NCBI RefSeq assembly: GCF_963506605.1
Contig: NC_083279.1
Span: 34,348,001-34,412,000, forward strand
Direction of reading: 5' to 3'
Length of the DNA: 64,000 nucleotides
DNA from: Zootoca vivipara
Taxonomy: Eukaryota
In this document: positions 1 to 12,713 of the stretch, in pieces
Numbering within the stretch: the stretch's first letter is position 1
How the letters are laid out: each line of letters begins with the position of its first letter
Notes under the pieces: model-generated
The model's input: only the letters and a program-made list of their open reading frames with translations
Database searches by the model: none
Told to the model about the DNA's origin: nothing
Position numbers and translations under genes: made by a program

Positions 1-3000
1 TCCTTTTATTTTAGCAAGAAAAGAAGAGAGAAAAGCACATGTATGTGCAAAGACAAAACAGAACCCCAGATTTGTGATTTGCTTAGATTTTGAAGGCAGA
101 ATTAGATATGACATCTACATGCAGCTGGTGATGAAAACATAAGGTGTGTCTCCCCAATCATTTTCTCTAACACAAATTATCCTTGTTTGTGTGCTTCTCT
201 GGCCCATTTTAAATCATTGGCTACTAACAGAATGTGGCACAGCACACAATGTTATGACATCTGAACATGAGTATGTGTAACCAGACATTATGGAAGAATG
301 GGGCAACCAAACACACAGCTGCTATTTTTGGTGCCAGATGCCTGTGTATACCATCATGTTTAATTCCAGCCTACAGTGCTTTCAAGATCACAGTTTAATT
401 TTAATTTGCGGAACTTCTGACAAAGACTAATTAAACAACACACACAAAAACTTATCTATTCATATGCATCTGAATACGATCCACTGCTCTCCCTCTGCTG
501 TTCGTCGTGTACTGAATGATGTACATCAGAAAATTAAATTCCCAAAGTACTTGATATAAGCACTGTAATGTAGACACGAATCATAAAGATGTTTACCCTC
601 GAGAAATTGTGTCCTAGAATGCACTTGAAAGTTATATGCAAGCTGACCCATAGAGTGAAATCTCTTTAAACACTGCCCTGGGCAATGGCATGACCTTAAA
701 GCATATTACAGCTCCAATAACTTGCTTTGCATTTTATGGAACTGCTTGGAAGAAATAATGCTCTTGGAAGAAATAATGCTAAAACAAAGGATGCAGCCTA
801 GATTATAACAGGCACAACACTGAGAAATAGGAGAGGAATTTTGTTTGGTTCACATTTTAATTTGAAACATCCTAATTCACACTTTCTAAAACAATATGTA
901 AACTGGCATACAGCTATCCTTTGAAACTCACTCTTATCTGAATTTGTGGTGCTGTTCTCCAAATAATGTGTACAAAAAATGTGTATATTAGGGGAAAGTC
1001 TACATTAAAACTGAATATTTTGGTGAAAATAAGAGACAAAAATGCATATTTGGGGAGTTAGAAAAATGTGTATTTTGGTGACCACGCTCCTTCTATGGGC
1101 ATAGATAGACATTTCCACTTGAGTCAAAGTGTACATGTATCACAGAACGGATTTACTAGGAAAATCCATAATCAAATTCTGTAGAATCCCTTCCAAAGTA
1201 GTTTAGAATCTAAAAAAAGAAGTCAAAACACAAATGGAAAATAAAGACAAAGAACAAAACTTTGCAATTGATGGAATACTTATACAGTATTGAGTTTGGG
1301 AAGTGGAGCGCATCAACCACAACATTATATTTAGATTCCCCAGTTGTTGCTGGGAGATGTTTAAAAGCACTTTAGCACATACAAAGAAGATAAAAAACAT
1401 CCTATTGAGTATAAGCCAATTTGATCAGCAATAAATAGAAAGGTATTATTAATAATGTGAAGAGGTCTGCATGCTCAGGGACAGATGAGATTTTATTTGT
1501 GTAACCATTGTGAGAAGCTCCTGGGAGAACAATGAAGAGGTCCTCAGAAGGCCTTGTTTACGCACTACACCATACCATAGAAAGAGAAAAAAAAGTGATA
1601 AGTCAGATGGGAAAAAAGAAGCTTTTGGAACTTCAGAATACAGGAAGATTTGGGTTTATTAACAAGCAAGAAACATGAGCCAATTACGATCTTGATGCAA
1701 TTCTGTTCTTCGACAGAAAATGAACAAGTAAGGAAAAACAATGATGTGCTTCTCAAAAATAACATCCTACATAAAGGAAGGCACAGATCTGATAAATATG
1801 GATGTACTCAAAACTGGAAGGAATAGCAGTATTTTTCACACACACTCCAGAAACATAAAAAGACTTGGTTATGCACAGCATAAGCTGATGCCAATGGAAA
1901 TTTCAGCATTTCAAAAAGGACTTTTGCTTCCATCTTTGGAATATACTTCTCTGTTCCTCTGCTCTGACAAGATATTACAGAGAAGAGAACGACTGGCATA
2001 ATTTATGTATTTGGAGGGCATGCTTATTTTAGAAAATAAAAAGAAACGACAAGAAGTCTGGTTTCCACAGTAAATTGAGATAGGGAAACAACCATATTGT
2101 ATGAGAATGATTGAGCTATCTGAATTTTGGTCAAGGAGGAAATACGGGGAAAGTTGGGGCTTTTAAGGAAGGTTACAGCTGCACTGTGAACAAACCTCTG
2201 TATACAATAACAACCATATGAGCCATTTCAAAATGAGGCATAAAGACTTATTATCTGAACCTTCCCAGAAACAGTCATGTTGGGTTTTGAGTGTGATTAC
2301 TTCGTCCTCTCTTCTTAACTTAACACAATAGCATCTACTGGTAGCACCCTTCCTAAAAATTCTTCTAGCTGGTTATGAGCTTAAATGATGAGCCTGATGT
2401 CTACTATTAGATGCAAAGTGACCTCACCAGATGCTAATTGACCTTGCTCTTTCTTCTGTTAACCCTTTCCCTCCTTGATTTGCCACTGCGGTAACTAGCC
2501 CCAGAATTGCTGCCTTTTAATTTTCTCTCCCGCTGCAGGAAGTGCCCATAGCCTACCTCTTTACCCATTCTTCTGCTATTCCTCCCATGTCCTTTGCTCC
2601 CTCCCTGCTTGGAACCCACACTGAATGCTCTGCTCTGCCCTCCACCACCTTTATACTACTATACTACAGATAGTTGAGTGTGTCCCCTCCAGTACAGCTG
2701 CCCAGCCCAGCCTTCTTCAGTCTGTTTGGCTACTTCCACAGCTGACTGTTGGACTGAAAGCATGAGCAGGAAGCTGCTGCACCACCAACCACTCCTGACC
2801 ATCAGCCATGATGCCCACTGTCACTTAACCTAACCTATCTTAATAAAGCTGTTGTCAGGATAAAATGACAAGGGATGAGAGTTTATGAATAAGGATCCAA
2901 ATGGATGAATGGTAGGCCCTCCATCTTATGCTACAGTGGGGGTTATATGCAAAGATACAAAACACCCATGCTTTTTTATTTTCTCTTCTGTTATCAGATT

Positions 3001-3024
3001 TTATTCTTACTATATCTCTACTCA

Positions 3025-3876
3025 AGACACCGGTCTTGAAAGATCTACATTGGCTTCCAGTACGTTTCCGAGCACAGTTCAAAGTGTTGGTGCTGACCTT
3101 TAAAGCCCTAAACGGCCTTGGTCCCGTATACCTGAAGGAGCGTCTCCACCCCCATCGTTCTGCCCGGACACTGAGGTCCAGCTCCGAGGGCCTTCTGGCG
3201 GTTCCCTCATTGCGAGAAGCCAAGTTGCAGGGAACCAGGCAGAGGGCCTTCTCGGTGATGGCGCCTGCCCTGTGGAACGCCCTCCCATCAGATGTCAAAA
3301 AGGAAAACAGCTACCAGATTTTTAGAAGACATCTGAAGGCAGCCCTGTTTAGGGAGGCTTTTAATGTTTAACAAATTAGTGTACAGTGGTACCTCGGTTT
3401 ATGAACACAATTGGTTCCGGAAGTCTGTTCATAAACTGAAGTGTTCATAAACTGAAGCGAACTTTCCCATTGAAAGTAATGGAAAGTGGATTAATCCGTT
3501 CCAGACGGTCCGCGGAGTAACCGTTCATAAACTGAAGCGAACTTTTCCATTGAAAGTAATGGAAAGTGGATTAATCCGTTCCAGACGGGTCCGCAAAGTA
3601 CTTAAACTGAAGCGTTCATAAACTGAAACATGGGTGTAATTGGTTCCGGAAGTCTGTTCATAAACTGAAGCGTTCATAAACTGAAGCGAACTTTCCCATT
3701 AAAAGTAATGGAAAGTGAATTAATCCGTTCCAGATAGGTCCGCGGCGTTCATAAACCGAAAATTCATAAACCGAGGTGTTCATAAACCGAGGTTCCACTG
3801 TATTTTAATGTTTCTGTTGGAAGCCGCCCAGAGTGGCTGGGGAAACCCGGCCAGATGGGCGGGGTATAAATAATAA

Positions 3877-3920
<44 letters not shown>
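3025..3920 (+). mobile_element. L2 LINE 3' fragment with (TTA)n tail, interrupted by a MITE
   Basis: TPVLKDLHWLPVRFRAQFKVLVLTFKALNGLGP...RAFSVMAPALWNALP is the L2 ORF2 C-terminus; tail gaagccgcccagagtggctggggaaacc...(tta)n; possible 6-bp TSD TACTCA (3019-3024 / 3921-3926). Confidence 0.88.
3384..3800. mobile_element. Tc1/mariner-superfamily MITE (3 internal core units)
   Basis: TIRs cagtggtacctcggtttatgaaca / tgttcataaaccgaggttccactg; TA TSD both sides. Confidence 0.9.
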
Positions 3921-3923
<3 letters not shown>

Positions 3924-6900
3924 TCATATGAGGTACAAATGATAAGAAAGCAAGGGAATTAAGATCAACATTTTTGTTTGATCCACCAGGCATTCAGTGT
4001 ATTAGTAACGACTGTGGTATTTTCTTTTTCAAATATGTAGAATTTGTGAAACCACAACAATGTTTTATGCTCTCATCATGTTCCATGTCTGCACTGATTC
4101 TTCATGATGCTTTTCTTCTGGTCGCTTCTCTCCCCCTCTTCACTTTCTTATGTTATTTCCATGAATCTTTCATTTTCTTCTAATTTTAAAACCTCAATAA
4201 AAAATTATATGAAAAAAATGAAAGGGGTTGGAGTGCATCACCTCTGCCACCTTGAGAACTTTGGAGGATGTACATGATAAAAATTATGAATGCTGTAAAT
4301 TAGATTTGTCACAATATGGCAAAGTATACCTGATGGGCTAGCAAGTGAGAAATTAAATTTCTGAGGCCCTGAATTTCTTGTTCGTTTGACCTTCTCTTGT
4401 TCATTTACACCCCCTTCTCCCCACCACCTACTAGTAGACACACATGCAAAGATGTAGTCACAGAAAGAAAAGAAATCAAGTAGCTGTAAGCCCAACTGTT
4501 TGAGAAAAAGGGAGATCAAAGGAAAATAATACTTAGCACTTCTTAAGTACTTAACATGTCCAAAATACAGTGTAAACATTCAATTAACTTAAGAGACTTG
4601 CTTTTATTTTTATTTTTTTTGATAACGAGGAGGAAAAAGTAGACTAGAAATGCTAATGTGTACATGTGTTGCACCGTCATTGCCAGTTGTTAATTAGCAC
4701 AAGGAGCAGGCGAAATCTTTGCTACTTGAAAAGGTTCACACAAAAAGGGGAATCCTCTCTCAAGGATACCGGAATGGAAAGACCATGCATGCAAAGAAAA
4801 TGGCTATTTTTAATCTTTCCAAATTAGTATCTTTGCAAGAAGAGGAAAAAAGGAAATCACTAGTATAAATTCCCCAGTAATCAACTCCGCCAGCCCACAC
4901 TGTCATGCCTTAAGTTACAAACTGCACAACCAGACATTCCACGAATTTGCTGAGATATGACAAGCGTGGTAATTATCTCCTTTTTATAATGAACCAACAA
5001 AGGGTCTCAGTTACCCCCAATTATAATTGAACTATATATTTACCATGGATACAGGACATTCTTTAGGCACCATACCCCTTCACTAAATGCAGGCCACATA
5101 GATTTGCACACATACTAAAGAGAAAGCCCCCTCCTCATCTTGACCACAGAGCCAATAATTACTTCCCAGGACATCTTCTTTCTTCACCCATAATGAAGAG
5201 CAGGTGCATCCTTTCATCCACTTCATGTGGAACCCATCAAATGTACAGGCATGCACTGCAAATGTATGTTTCAATCAGAAAATGGCAAGAACATTGCTGC
5301 AGTCCACACATTTTTCAAATGTTCATAGAAGAACCCTAACATGTGAAGCAGGCTTATTTCGCACCATTTTTTCCAGGTAGCCAGGTAGAAAGATGTGTTC
5401 TTCCTGCACCTGCAAATAAAGACAAAAATAAATTCTGCTCCAGAAGTTGCAAAATCTCTTGAACACTCTCTTCACTATTCCTTCCCTCGTGTACATTAGA
5501 AGTCGTCACTATTATAAGTTCTTAAAAAGCATCAGATGATGCGACGGCTAATAAACTGAGCAACTTCATTTCCACCACCATGACTCCAACATAACTTAAA
5601 TGTGGATGTGGCAAATTACATTTGTTTGAGATAACCCATGAGGGAGACTTGGAAATCTTGAGAGTCACTATTTGTTTCAGTTTAGCAAACACCTTCGGGG
5701 TCCTGATGAAAAGTAGAAGAGAAAATCTTCTCTGAAATCCTGCAAAGTGTCCTTAATGAAACCTCTTGATACCATGTATCTGTGATCTGATTGGCAAGAC
5801 AAGGGACAGGTTACTTGGCTTTTGCTCTCAAGCACGGGTGCTGATAAGTTCACATGATTGTGTATAAGGTGGAGATGACTCATACTAGCCTTTGAAGCCC
5901 ACTCTTAATATTATTTCACAGAGCCTTCCAAGTGAAAGCAAAGCAAAATAACACACGAGGACAAGGAATCTTAACCAACAATAAGAGCTAGTAGAGGCAC
6001 CCGCATTCATGTAGGTAGATAATAGCACAATCGTCATCATGGAAACACGATTTGTAAGCATACCACTTCATTCTCTCTGTCCTATTGAACTTGAAGGGCC
6101 ATTATCTCTTCCATGCTTACTAAAATATAAAGTTTTACAAGCTCATATTTATTCACGGTTGTCAACCATTTATGCAACTTTAGGTATGTGCCATAGAATA
6201 ACCTCTGTTTATAGTTACTCAAGAGTACAGAGACCTATAATATGAAGATAGCTGAAGTCACTATTTCTCAAGGCAATATTCAAGGCCTCTTACAAGTTTT
6301 GTTTGTTGTTATATTTTCCATTCATTTTTAAAAACAAAGCAGACTGGAAGGGTTTGGAATAGGTATATTAGCTTTGGAAGAATGGTCAATTTGACTATGG
6401 TAAGAGAGCAAAGGTGATTTTATCCCACCTAAGATCTTGTTTGCCAGACTGGGGAGTAATTATAACAATATAACTTACTGAGATTTCTAATTATTAATAC
6501 ACCCAGATATCTAAATAATTCCACACAAAGCAGTCAAAGGCCTTGAGAATGTCAAAAGCCATGTCTGTCATAGAGGACCTTTTTGTGTGTGTGCTATTTT
6601 CAATGATATTTAACATTTTTCCAATTGGGTCCATTATGTATTGGCATGAAACAAAGCCAGCCTCATGCAGGGCAACCAATTTGTTCAAGAAGTGTTTTAT
6701 AAAATTGGCTAGCACAAAAGTAAATATCTTGCAATCCTGATTTGTAATTATCCTTGTAATCATCCTTCTTGATGGTTGAAAGGATAACATCTTTTGGAGG
6801 ACTATATAGGTACAGTATAGTAACTATTCTAGAGAGAAACCAGAGATGGAGCATGTAAGGCATTAATATATACTTGAATCTTTTGTAGAATTTGGAGCTA

Positions 6901-7008
6901 AAACCATCAGGTCAAGGAGTTTTGTGTAGTTTCAGGTTTTTAAAGGTGGCCTCAATTTCTTTCAGGTAAATAGGGCTATCAAGAAATTATTCACCACTAT
7001 GCAAAGTA

Positions 7009-8329
7009 CCAACTACCAAAGCTCCAACTACCAAAGCTCCAACTACCGCACAATTGCGCTCATTTCACACGCTAGCAAGGTTATGCTTAAAATTCTACAA
7101 GGCAGGCTTAGGCAGTATGTGGACCGAGAACTCTCAGAAGTGCAAGCTGGATTTCGAAAGGGCAGAGGAACCAGAGACCAGATAGCAAACATGCGCTGGA
7201 TTATGGAGAAAGCTAGAGAGTTCCAGAAAAACGTCTACTTCTGCTTCATTGACTATGCAAAAGCCTTTGACTGTGTCGACCACAGCAAACTATGGCAAGT
7301 TCTTAAAGAAATGGGAGTGCCTGATCACCTCATCTGTCTCCTGAGAAATCTCTATGTGGGACAAGAAGCTACAGTTAGAACTGGATATGGAACAACTGAT
7401 TGGTTCAAAATTGGGAAAGGAGTACGACAAGGTTGTATATTGTCTCCCTGCTTATTTAACTTATATGCAGAATTCATCATGCGAAAGGCTGGACTAGATG
7501 AATCCCAAGCCGGAATTAAGATTGCCGGAAGAAATATCAACAACCTCAGATATGCAGATGACACAACCTTGATGGCAGAAAGTGAGGAGGAATTAAAGAA
7601 CCTTTTAATGAGGGTGAAAGAGGAGAGCGCAAAATATGGTCTGAAGCTCAACATCAAAAAAACCAAGATCATGGCCACTGGTCCCATCACCTCCTGGCAA
7701 ATAGAAGGGGAAGAAATGGAGGCAGTGAGAGATTTTATTTTCTTGGGCTCCTTGATCACTGCAGATGGTGACAGCAGTCACGAAATTAAAAGACGCCTGC
7801 TTCTTGGGAGAAAAGCAATGACAAACCTAGACAGCATCTTAAAAAGCAGAGACATCACCTTGCCGACAAAGGTCCGTATAGTTAAAGCTATGGTTTTCCC
7901 AGTAGTGATGTATGGAAGTGAGAGCTGGACCATAAAGAAGGCTGATCGCCGAAGAATTGATGCTTTTGAATTATGGTGCTGGAGGAGACTCTTGAGAGTC
8001 CCATGGACTGCTAGAAGATCAAACCTATCAATTCTTAAGGAAATCAGCCCTGAGTGCTCCCTGGAAGGACAGATCGTGAAGCTGAGGCTCCAATACTTTG
8101 GCCACCTCATGAGAAGAGAAGAATCCTTGGAAAAGACCCTGATGTTGGGAAAGATGGAAGGCACAAGGAGAAGGGGACGACAGAGGACAAGATGGTTGGA
8201 CAGTGTTCTCGAAGCTACGAACATGAGTTTGACCAAACTACGGGAGGCAGTGCAAGACAGGAGTGCCTGGCGTGCTATGGTCCATGGGGTCACAAAGAGT
8301 CGGACACGACTAAACGACTAAACAACAAC
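7009..8329 (+). mobile_element. BovB (RTE clade) LINE, 5'-truncated, young; ORF 6999-8321 encodes the RT domain
   Basis: NYRTIALISHASK..QAGFRKGRGTRDQI..FIDYAKAFDCV..GVRQGCILSP..LRYADDTTL..VTKSRTRLND*; (CAA)n tail; 10-bp TSD ATGCAAAGTA (6999-7008 / 8330-8339). Confidence 0.97.
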
Positions 8330-9325
8330 ATGCAAAGTATAATGATTGAAATAAAAAGCAGAACATCCAGAACATAAATCTTTTGATGAAAATGTTATGC
8401 TACCATCTTTTTTGTGATTCTATGTACTTTTGTTTTGGATTTCTTTTTTCTACATCTATTAGCAAGCAATCTTGAGGTTTTGTTTCCATATTCATAAGAG
8501 CGCCTCTTACAAGTTGGCAGCACTTATTTGGGGGAGTTTGTTTGTTTGTTTTTGCTTCTCTCGTTTTGCAGCTGTTATTCCTATTTATTGAACACATTTC
8601 TTCCGACTCTCTTATTCGTTCCTTATGATCTGCATTGCATTTCTCCCTTCCTCTGAATATATTCAATGACAAACCTCAGCTGTTAGCCCAGGCAGAAGGA
8701 TCATTAGTGATGAAAAAGCTAATCCGTCACAGATATAATGCACTATGTATGTTTCATACGTCTCATAAATCATCAATTAGTTTAAAGAACCTGAAGTCCT
8801 CCCTAGAGGGTAGCAAATTCACAGGATGTTCTCATACGGTTCATTTAGAACTTTAAATGAGAATGCAGTGCAGTATGTGTGCTTCCAGGGGATTTTTTGG
8901 GGTGGGTGGGGGGTGGGTGGGGTCATTTACCTGCAAACATTTTCTGCTGCCTCCAATGTGTCTTCAGAAAGGTACATCACGGTCACCAAGGTTGGATGGA
9001 CAAGTAGTTAAGTCCCTATAGAAAGGTCTCATGTGAACTTCACAGCCCACCCACCAGCAATCACCAAATTACCAATACAGATGATGTTCAAATAGTATAA
9101 ACTGGCAAATAGCTCTTCCTATTGAATCAGCACAGAATCAAGGGTAAATGAAATAGTAAACAGAACATCTCATGTTCCATGCTTGAAGCCTGTTGGGAAT
9201 GTTTATATGTAGAAGAATGACTACATGTCACAGCCTGCGAGTTTCTGCTGTTTCAGTCAAACTTCGGAAAGTCAATAACCCAGTGCAGCACATCACTCAT
9301 AGGCACAGACAGTGTTCTGTATATT

Positions 9326-9620
9326 GAGCCAGTGTGGCATAGTGGTTAAGAGCGATAGACTCCTAATCTCCACATACAGCTGCTGGGTGACCTTGGGCTA
9401 GTCACACTTCTCTGAAGTCTCTCAGCCCCACTCACCTCACAGAGTGTTTGTTGTGGGAGAGGAAGGAAAGGAGAATGTTAGCCGCTTTGAGACTCCTTAG
9501 GGTAGTGATAAAGCGGGATATCAAATCCAAACTCTTCTTCTTCTTCTTCTTCTTCTTCTTCTTCTTCTTCTTCTTCTTCTTCTTCTTCTTCTTCTTCTTC
9601 TTCTTCTTCTTCTTCTTCTT
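9326..9620 (+). mobile_element. Squam3B-like tRNA/CORE SINE with (CTT)29 tail
   Basis: Head gagccagtgtggcatagtggttaagagc, CORE-like gctgggtgaccttgggctagtcac, 3' end gatatcaaatccaaact(ctt)n; B-box segment missing relative to recalled consensus. Confidence 0.8.
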
Positions 9621-10895
9621 CCCATGGTATCAGTGGAGAGCCCTGAAGACATAATTGCCCTGCATGTTCCAAAAGGCTATCATATGGTAGGCTATCATAT
9701 GATACAGGACAAGCAATTTAGATTACAGCTCAGGTGCATTTTAGCTAACTTTACAAGCTCCCTTTTACTCATCTTTCTACCCTGCTCCCCCCCCCAAATG
9801 GAGGCATATAATTAGATTTCAAACTGAACACACACCCTAAAAGCATAAAAGCATAATAGCCCTCCCTTCCCGTGCCAAGGGAAAAACCCCCAAATCCACA
9901 ATGCTCCAAAATGATTAGTACTTCTATTATGCTCAGAACTATTGTACTTCCAAACAATTCCCAGCCTCCCTAATAGGAACTCATTCACGATGCAACTTTG
10001 AACATATGGTTCAAAGTATATAGGTACAGAAAATAATAATAATGTTATTTTAAAAATATTTTAATTCAAAATCTATATGGCCTATATTTCGAGCCATAAT
10101 TTGGTCCTTATCACTCTTTTCTTGCTTTTTGCAAACTTAATTCCAGATTGGGGTTGTGTTGATGGAAGACAGGCTGTTGTGGAATGGGGGTGGGATAACT
10201 TGCTTACTTTCCTGCCCTGCTCTACTTCATAATTGAAGCGAATACCTAGCAACATAAGCCAGTGAAGCCTGGATGTGAAGAAAGCTGTGGCAACTGTCTG
10301 CTGTGATTTCTAAATGCTATTTTCCCAGAAAGGCAGGCTCTTGAAGAATGAACAAGAAGACCCTCAACCCCCAACCTAATCATTGATGCTTCAGTGGTAA
10401 AAAGTATATATATATGGTTCTGACCTTTAGATGACTCCCTTCAGGATTCCTTCCTTGCCATTTCTTTTGAAATATGAAATTAAATTCTGAGTCTAGCTAT
10501 TGAACTCTTGTCCTACAATTGACGAGCTTGGTTCAGAACAGTGGCGGGCAAACTCATCTGCTTTTACTGGCAGCCCTTACGCTTCTGGGTGGAGCAGCTG
10601 GGAGTGGAAATCCCCGTCCACAACTCAAGAGGCTTCGGTCTGATCCTCCAAGAAGACACTAAGAGAGGTGCATTTCAATTTGACAATGACGTGAGTGGAA
10701 AGAAACTGATCCATGCCCAAGGCCACCCACTGTGCTTTATAGAAGAGAAGGAATTTTAACCTGGTTTTCCCACTTCCAAACTCAGCACATCACCCTCAGG
10801 GGGGCAAAAACCTTTCTGTGCCTATAGGTCACATTTGCAAACCAGAGAAACTGTCTGGCACAAACTCTGCAGCCAGTGTGTGGCAGTGTGATGTA

Positions 10896-11126
10896 CAGTG
10901 GTACCTCTGGTTAAGAACTTAATTAGTTCCGGAGGTTTGTTCTTAACCTGAAACCGTTCTTAACCTGAGGTACCACTTTAGCTAATGGGGCTTCCCGCTG
11001 CCACCACACAGTTTCTGTTCTCATCCTAAGGTAAAGTTCTTAACCCGAGGCACTGCTTCCAGGTTAGCGGAGTCTGTAACCAGAAGGGTTTGTAACCCAA
11101 AGCGTTTGTAACCCGAGGTTTCACTG
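10896..11126. mobile_element. Tc1/mariner-type MITE
   Basis: cagtggtacctc...gaggtttcactg TIRs, TA TSD; same family as 14125-14355 and 56030-56268. Confidence 0.88.
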
Positions 11127-11176
11127 TAATGGTTGGAGTGGGCTTTAATCCAGTGTAAAGCCAGTGTAATACACTA

Positions 11177-11419
11177 CAGTGGTACCTCTACTTACGAATT
11201 TAATGCGTTCCGAACGCACATTCGTAAGTCGAAAAAAATTGTAACTCGAATCCCATAGGAATGCATTGGGAGAAAAAAATTGTAAGTAGAAGCAACCCTA
11301 TCTAAAAATTCGTAAGTAGAAAAAATCCTATCTAAACCGCATCCAAGATGGCGGACGGAGCTCCATTCGTAACTAGAAACATTCATAAGTAGAGTTATTC
11401 GTAAGTAGAGGTACCACTG
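11177..11419. mobile_element. Tc1/mariner-type MITE (young)
   Basis: Perfect 23-bp TIRs cagtggtacctctacttacgaat / attcgtaagtagaggtaccactg; TA TSD. Confidence 0.92.
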
Positions 11420-12579
11420 TATTTAAGAATAGAATTAGAATAGAATAGAATTAGAAGGGAACCTGGAAGCAAACTATTTAATTAAATCACTAACAGTTTT
11501 ATATATTGCCCTTCGCTAATAAGGCCAACATTGGTTTACATCAATAAAAATATAATACAATTCAAATCAAGTATAACTTTTAAAAAGCACCACAGTTCTG
11601 CAACTCCAACAAACCGAAAAATGTTGCATTACTTTTATTTATACAAGTATTTATAGACCATCCTTCATAAAATATCATGGCAGTTGTACAGCAATTTAAA
11701 ACCTAACAACCATTAATTGCAGTTCAACAGAATTGTGAAAATGACTGGCTACTCAAGAAAAGTTCCTCACTTCTGTACGTATGTATCTAACTAACTGTGA
11801 AAAGAAATCAATTAGCAAATCTTCACCCCCCCAATCCTTCTACGAGTATATATATAATGTATATGTGTGTATACAGTATATGAGTCCAAAGATACCTCAG
11901 TGGAGAGAGAATTTCACAGAAGTGGAGCCATCACCAAAAAGGCCCTTTTCCAGACCACCTCACTGCATACTTCACCCTACACAGGGACCACCAGGAGGGT
12001 CTCAGAAGTTAGTTAAGTTCCTGTACAAGGAATGAGATTACTTGCAGAAAACTAGGTTCTGTAGATAATATGCTGTGCGGCTCCTTCACTGCAAACATTT
12101 TGGAGCATCTGGACTTAGAATGTAGTGTCTACCCCTGCCCCGGCCCCACATTTTCATGAAGGTAGAATATATATATGGTGATGACACTACTTTCGTAAAT
12201 GCTAGTTTATGAAATACACAGGTTTCAATGTGTCAAGGTAGAATCTTCCTAGAGAACAACTCCCAAATGTTTCGCTGTAACTGGCAGCTCATTCTCTGAA
12301 ATATTTCTCATGGAAAAGTGGTGAAATCAAACATATGGGCAATGTGTTTGCTTGCCATCTGGATTCACAGGTCAGGTTTGGACTGTGAAGGCTTTAATAG
12401 CATTAGGTTTCTCTGCTGATACAAGAGATTATAGTACAGAAGAACAGCCCACAGTCACCATCCTAATCATTATGAGCTTCTGTTTTACGGAGCAGAAAGT
12501 AGAGCAGAGGAACTGCTTAGCCCTACAACATTCTGGGGTGATTGGACAGAAACCCCTTTCCCAATATGACTCTCGAGAC

Positions 12580-12713
12580 TAGGAATGGGGGAATCTGTGG
12601 CCCTCCAGATGTTGTTGAACTACAATTATTCCCATCACTATTGACTCTGTTGGCTGGAGTTGATGGATGCTGAATACCAACTAACATTGGGGGCCACAGT
12701 TTCCCCAGCCCTT
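12580..12713. mobile_element. Short palindromic hAT-type MITE (decayed)
   Basis: ggggaatctgtggccctccagatgtt ... ggggccacagtttcccc inverted arms; near-matching 8-bp flanks ctcgagac/ctctagac. Confidence 0.7.

Larger units (their letters stand above)
6270..10500 (-). mobile_element. Old, internally deleted L1-clade LINE (EN + partial RT, possible ORF1), split by BovB and a SINE
   Basis: Ordered decayed motifs on minus strand: IAFWNMQG / LCLQ (~9690-9640), VVILLHINIP (~9210), GNLVIAGG (~9060), YEYGNKTSRLLA (~8490), PDGFSSKFYK (~6900), NQDCKIFTFVLAN..GF..KAFD (6790-6520), FRYLGV and KLTILPKLIYLFQTLP (6510-6345). Outer boundaries approximate. Confidence 0.75.

Noticed and set aside
481-517. CTCF-like site (minus strand ACAGCAGAGGGAGA with upstream CAGTAC)
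   Set aside because: Mismatches at conserved core positions; not distinguishable from chance.
745-780. 18-bp tandem duplication CTTGGAAGAAATAATGCT x2 (similar 15-16-bp duplications near 9674 and 30814)
   Set aside because: Ordinary slippage duplications with no further structure.
1200-2030. A-rich coding-like stretch (possible L1 ORF1 or other relic)
   Set aside because: Only vague motif resemblance (ERINHNIIFRFP, ITILMQ) with many stops; cannot assign without a search.
3384-3800. CRISPR-like repeat array
   Set aside because: Eukaryotic DNA; repeats are internal modules of a TIR/TA-bounded MITE without unique spacers.
5353-5435. Strong minus-strand acceptor (tttatttttgtctttatttgcAG) as alternative PUDP last exon
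   Set aside because: Would add only VQEEHIFLPGYLEKNGAK* and lose HAD motif IV; such acceptors occur by chance and there is no transcript evidence.
7352-8293. Antisense ORFs of 135 and 171 aa
   Set aside because: Shadow frames of the BovB RT ORF, recurring in every BovB copy.
9448-9672. Poly-F / poly-E ORFs (also poly-N 3805-3993, KEGR repeats 20067-20306, poly-Q/V 25113-25334)
   Set aside because: Translations of microsatellites.
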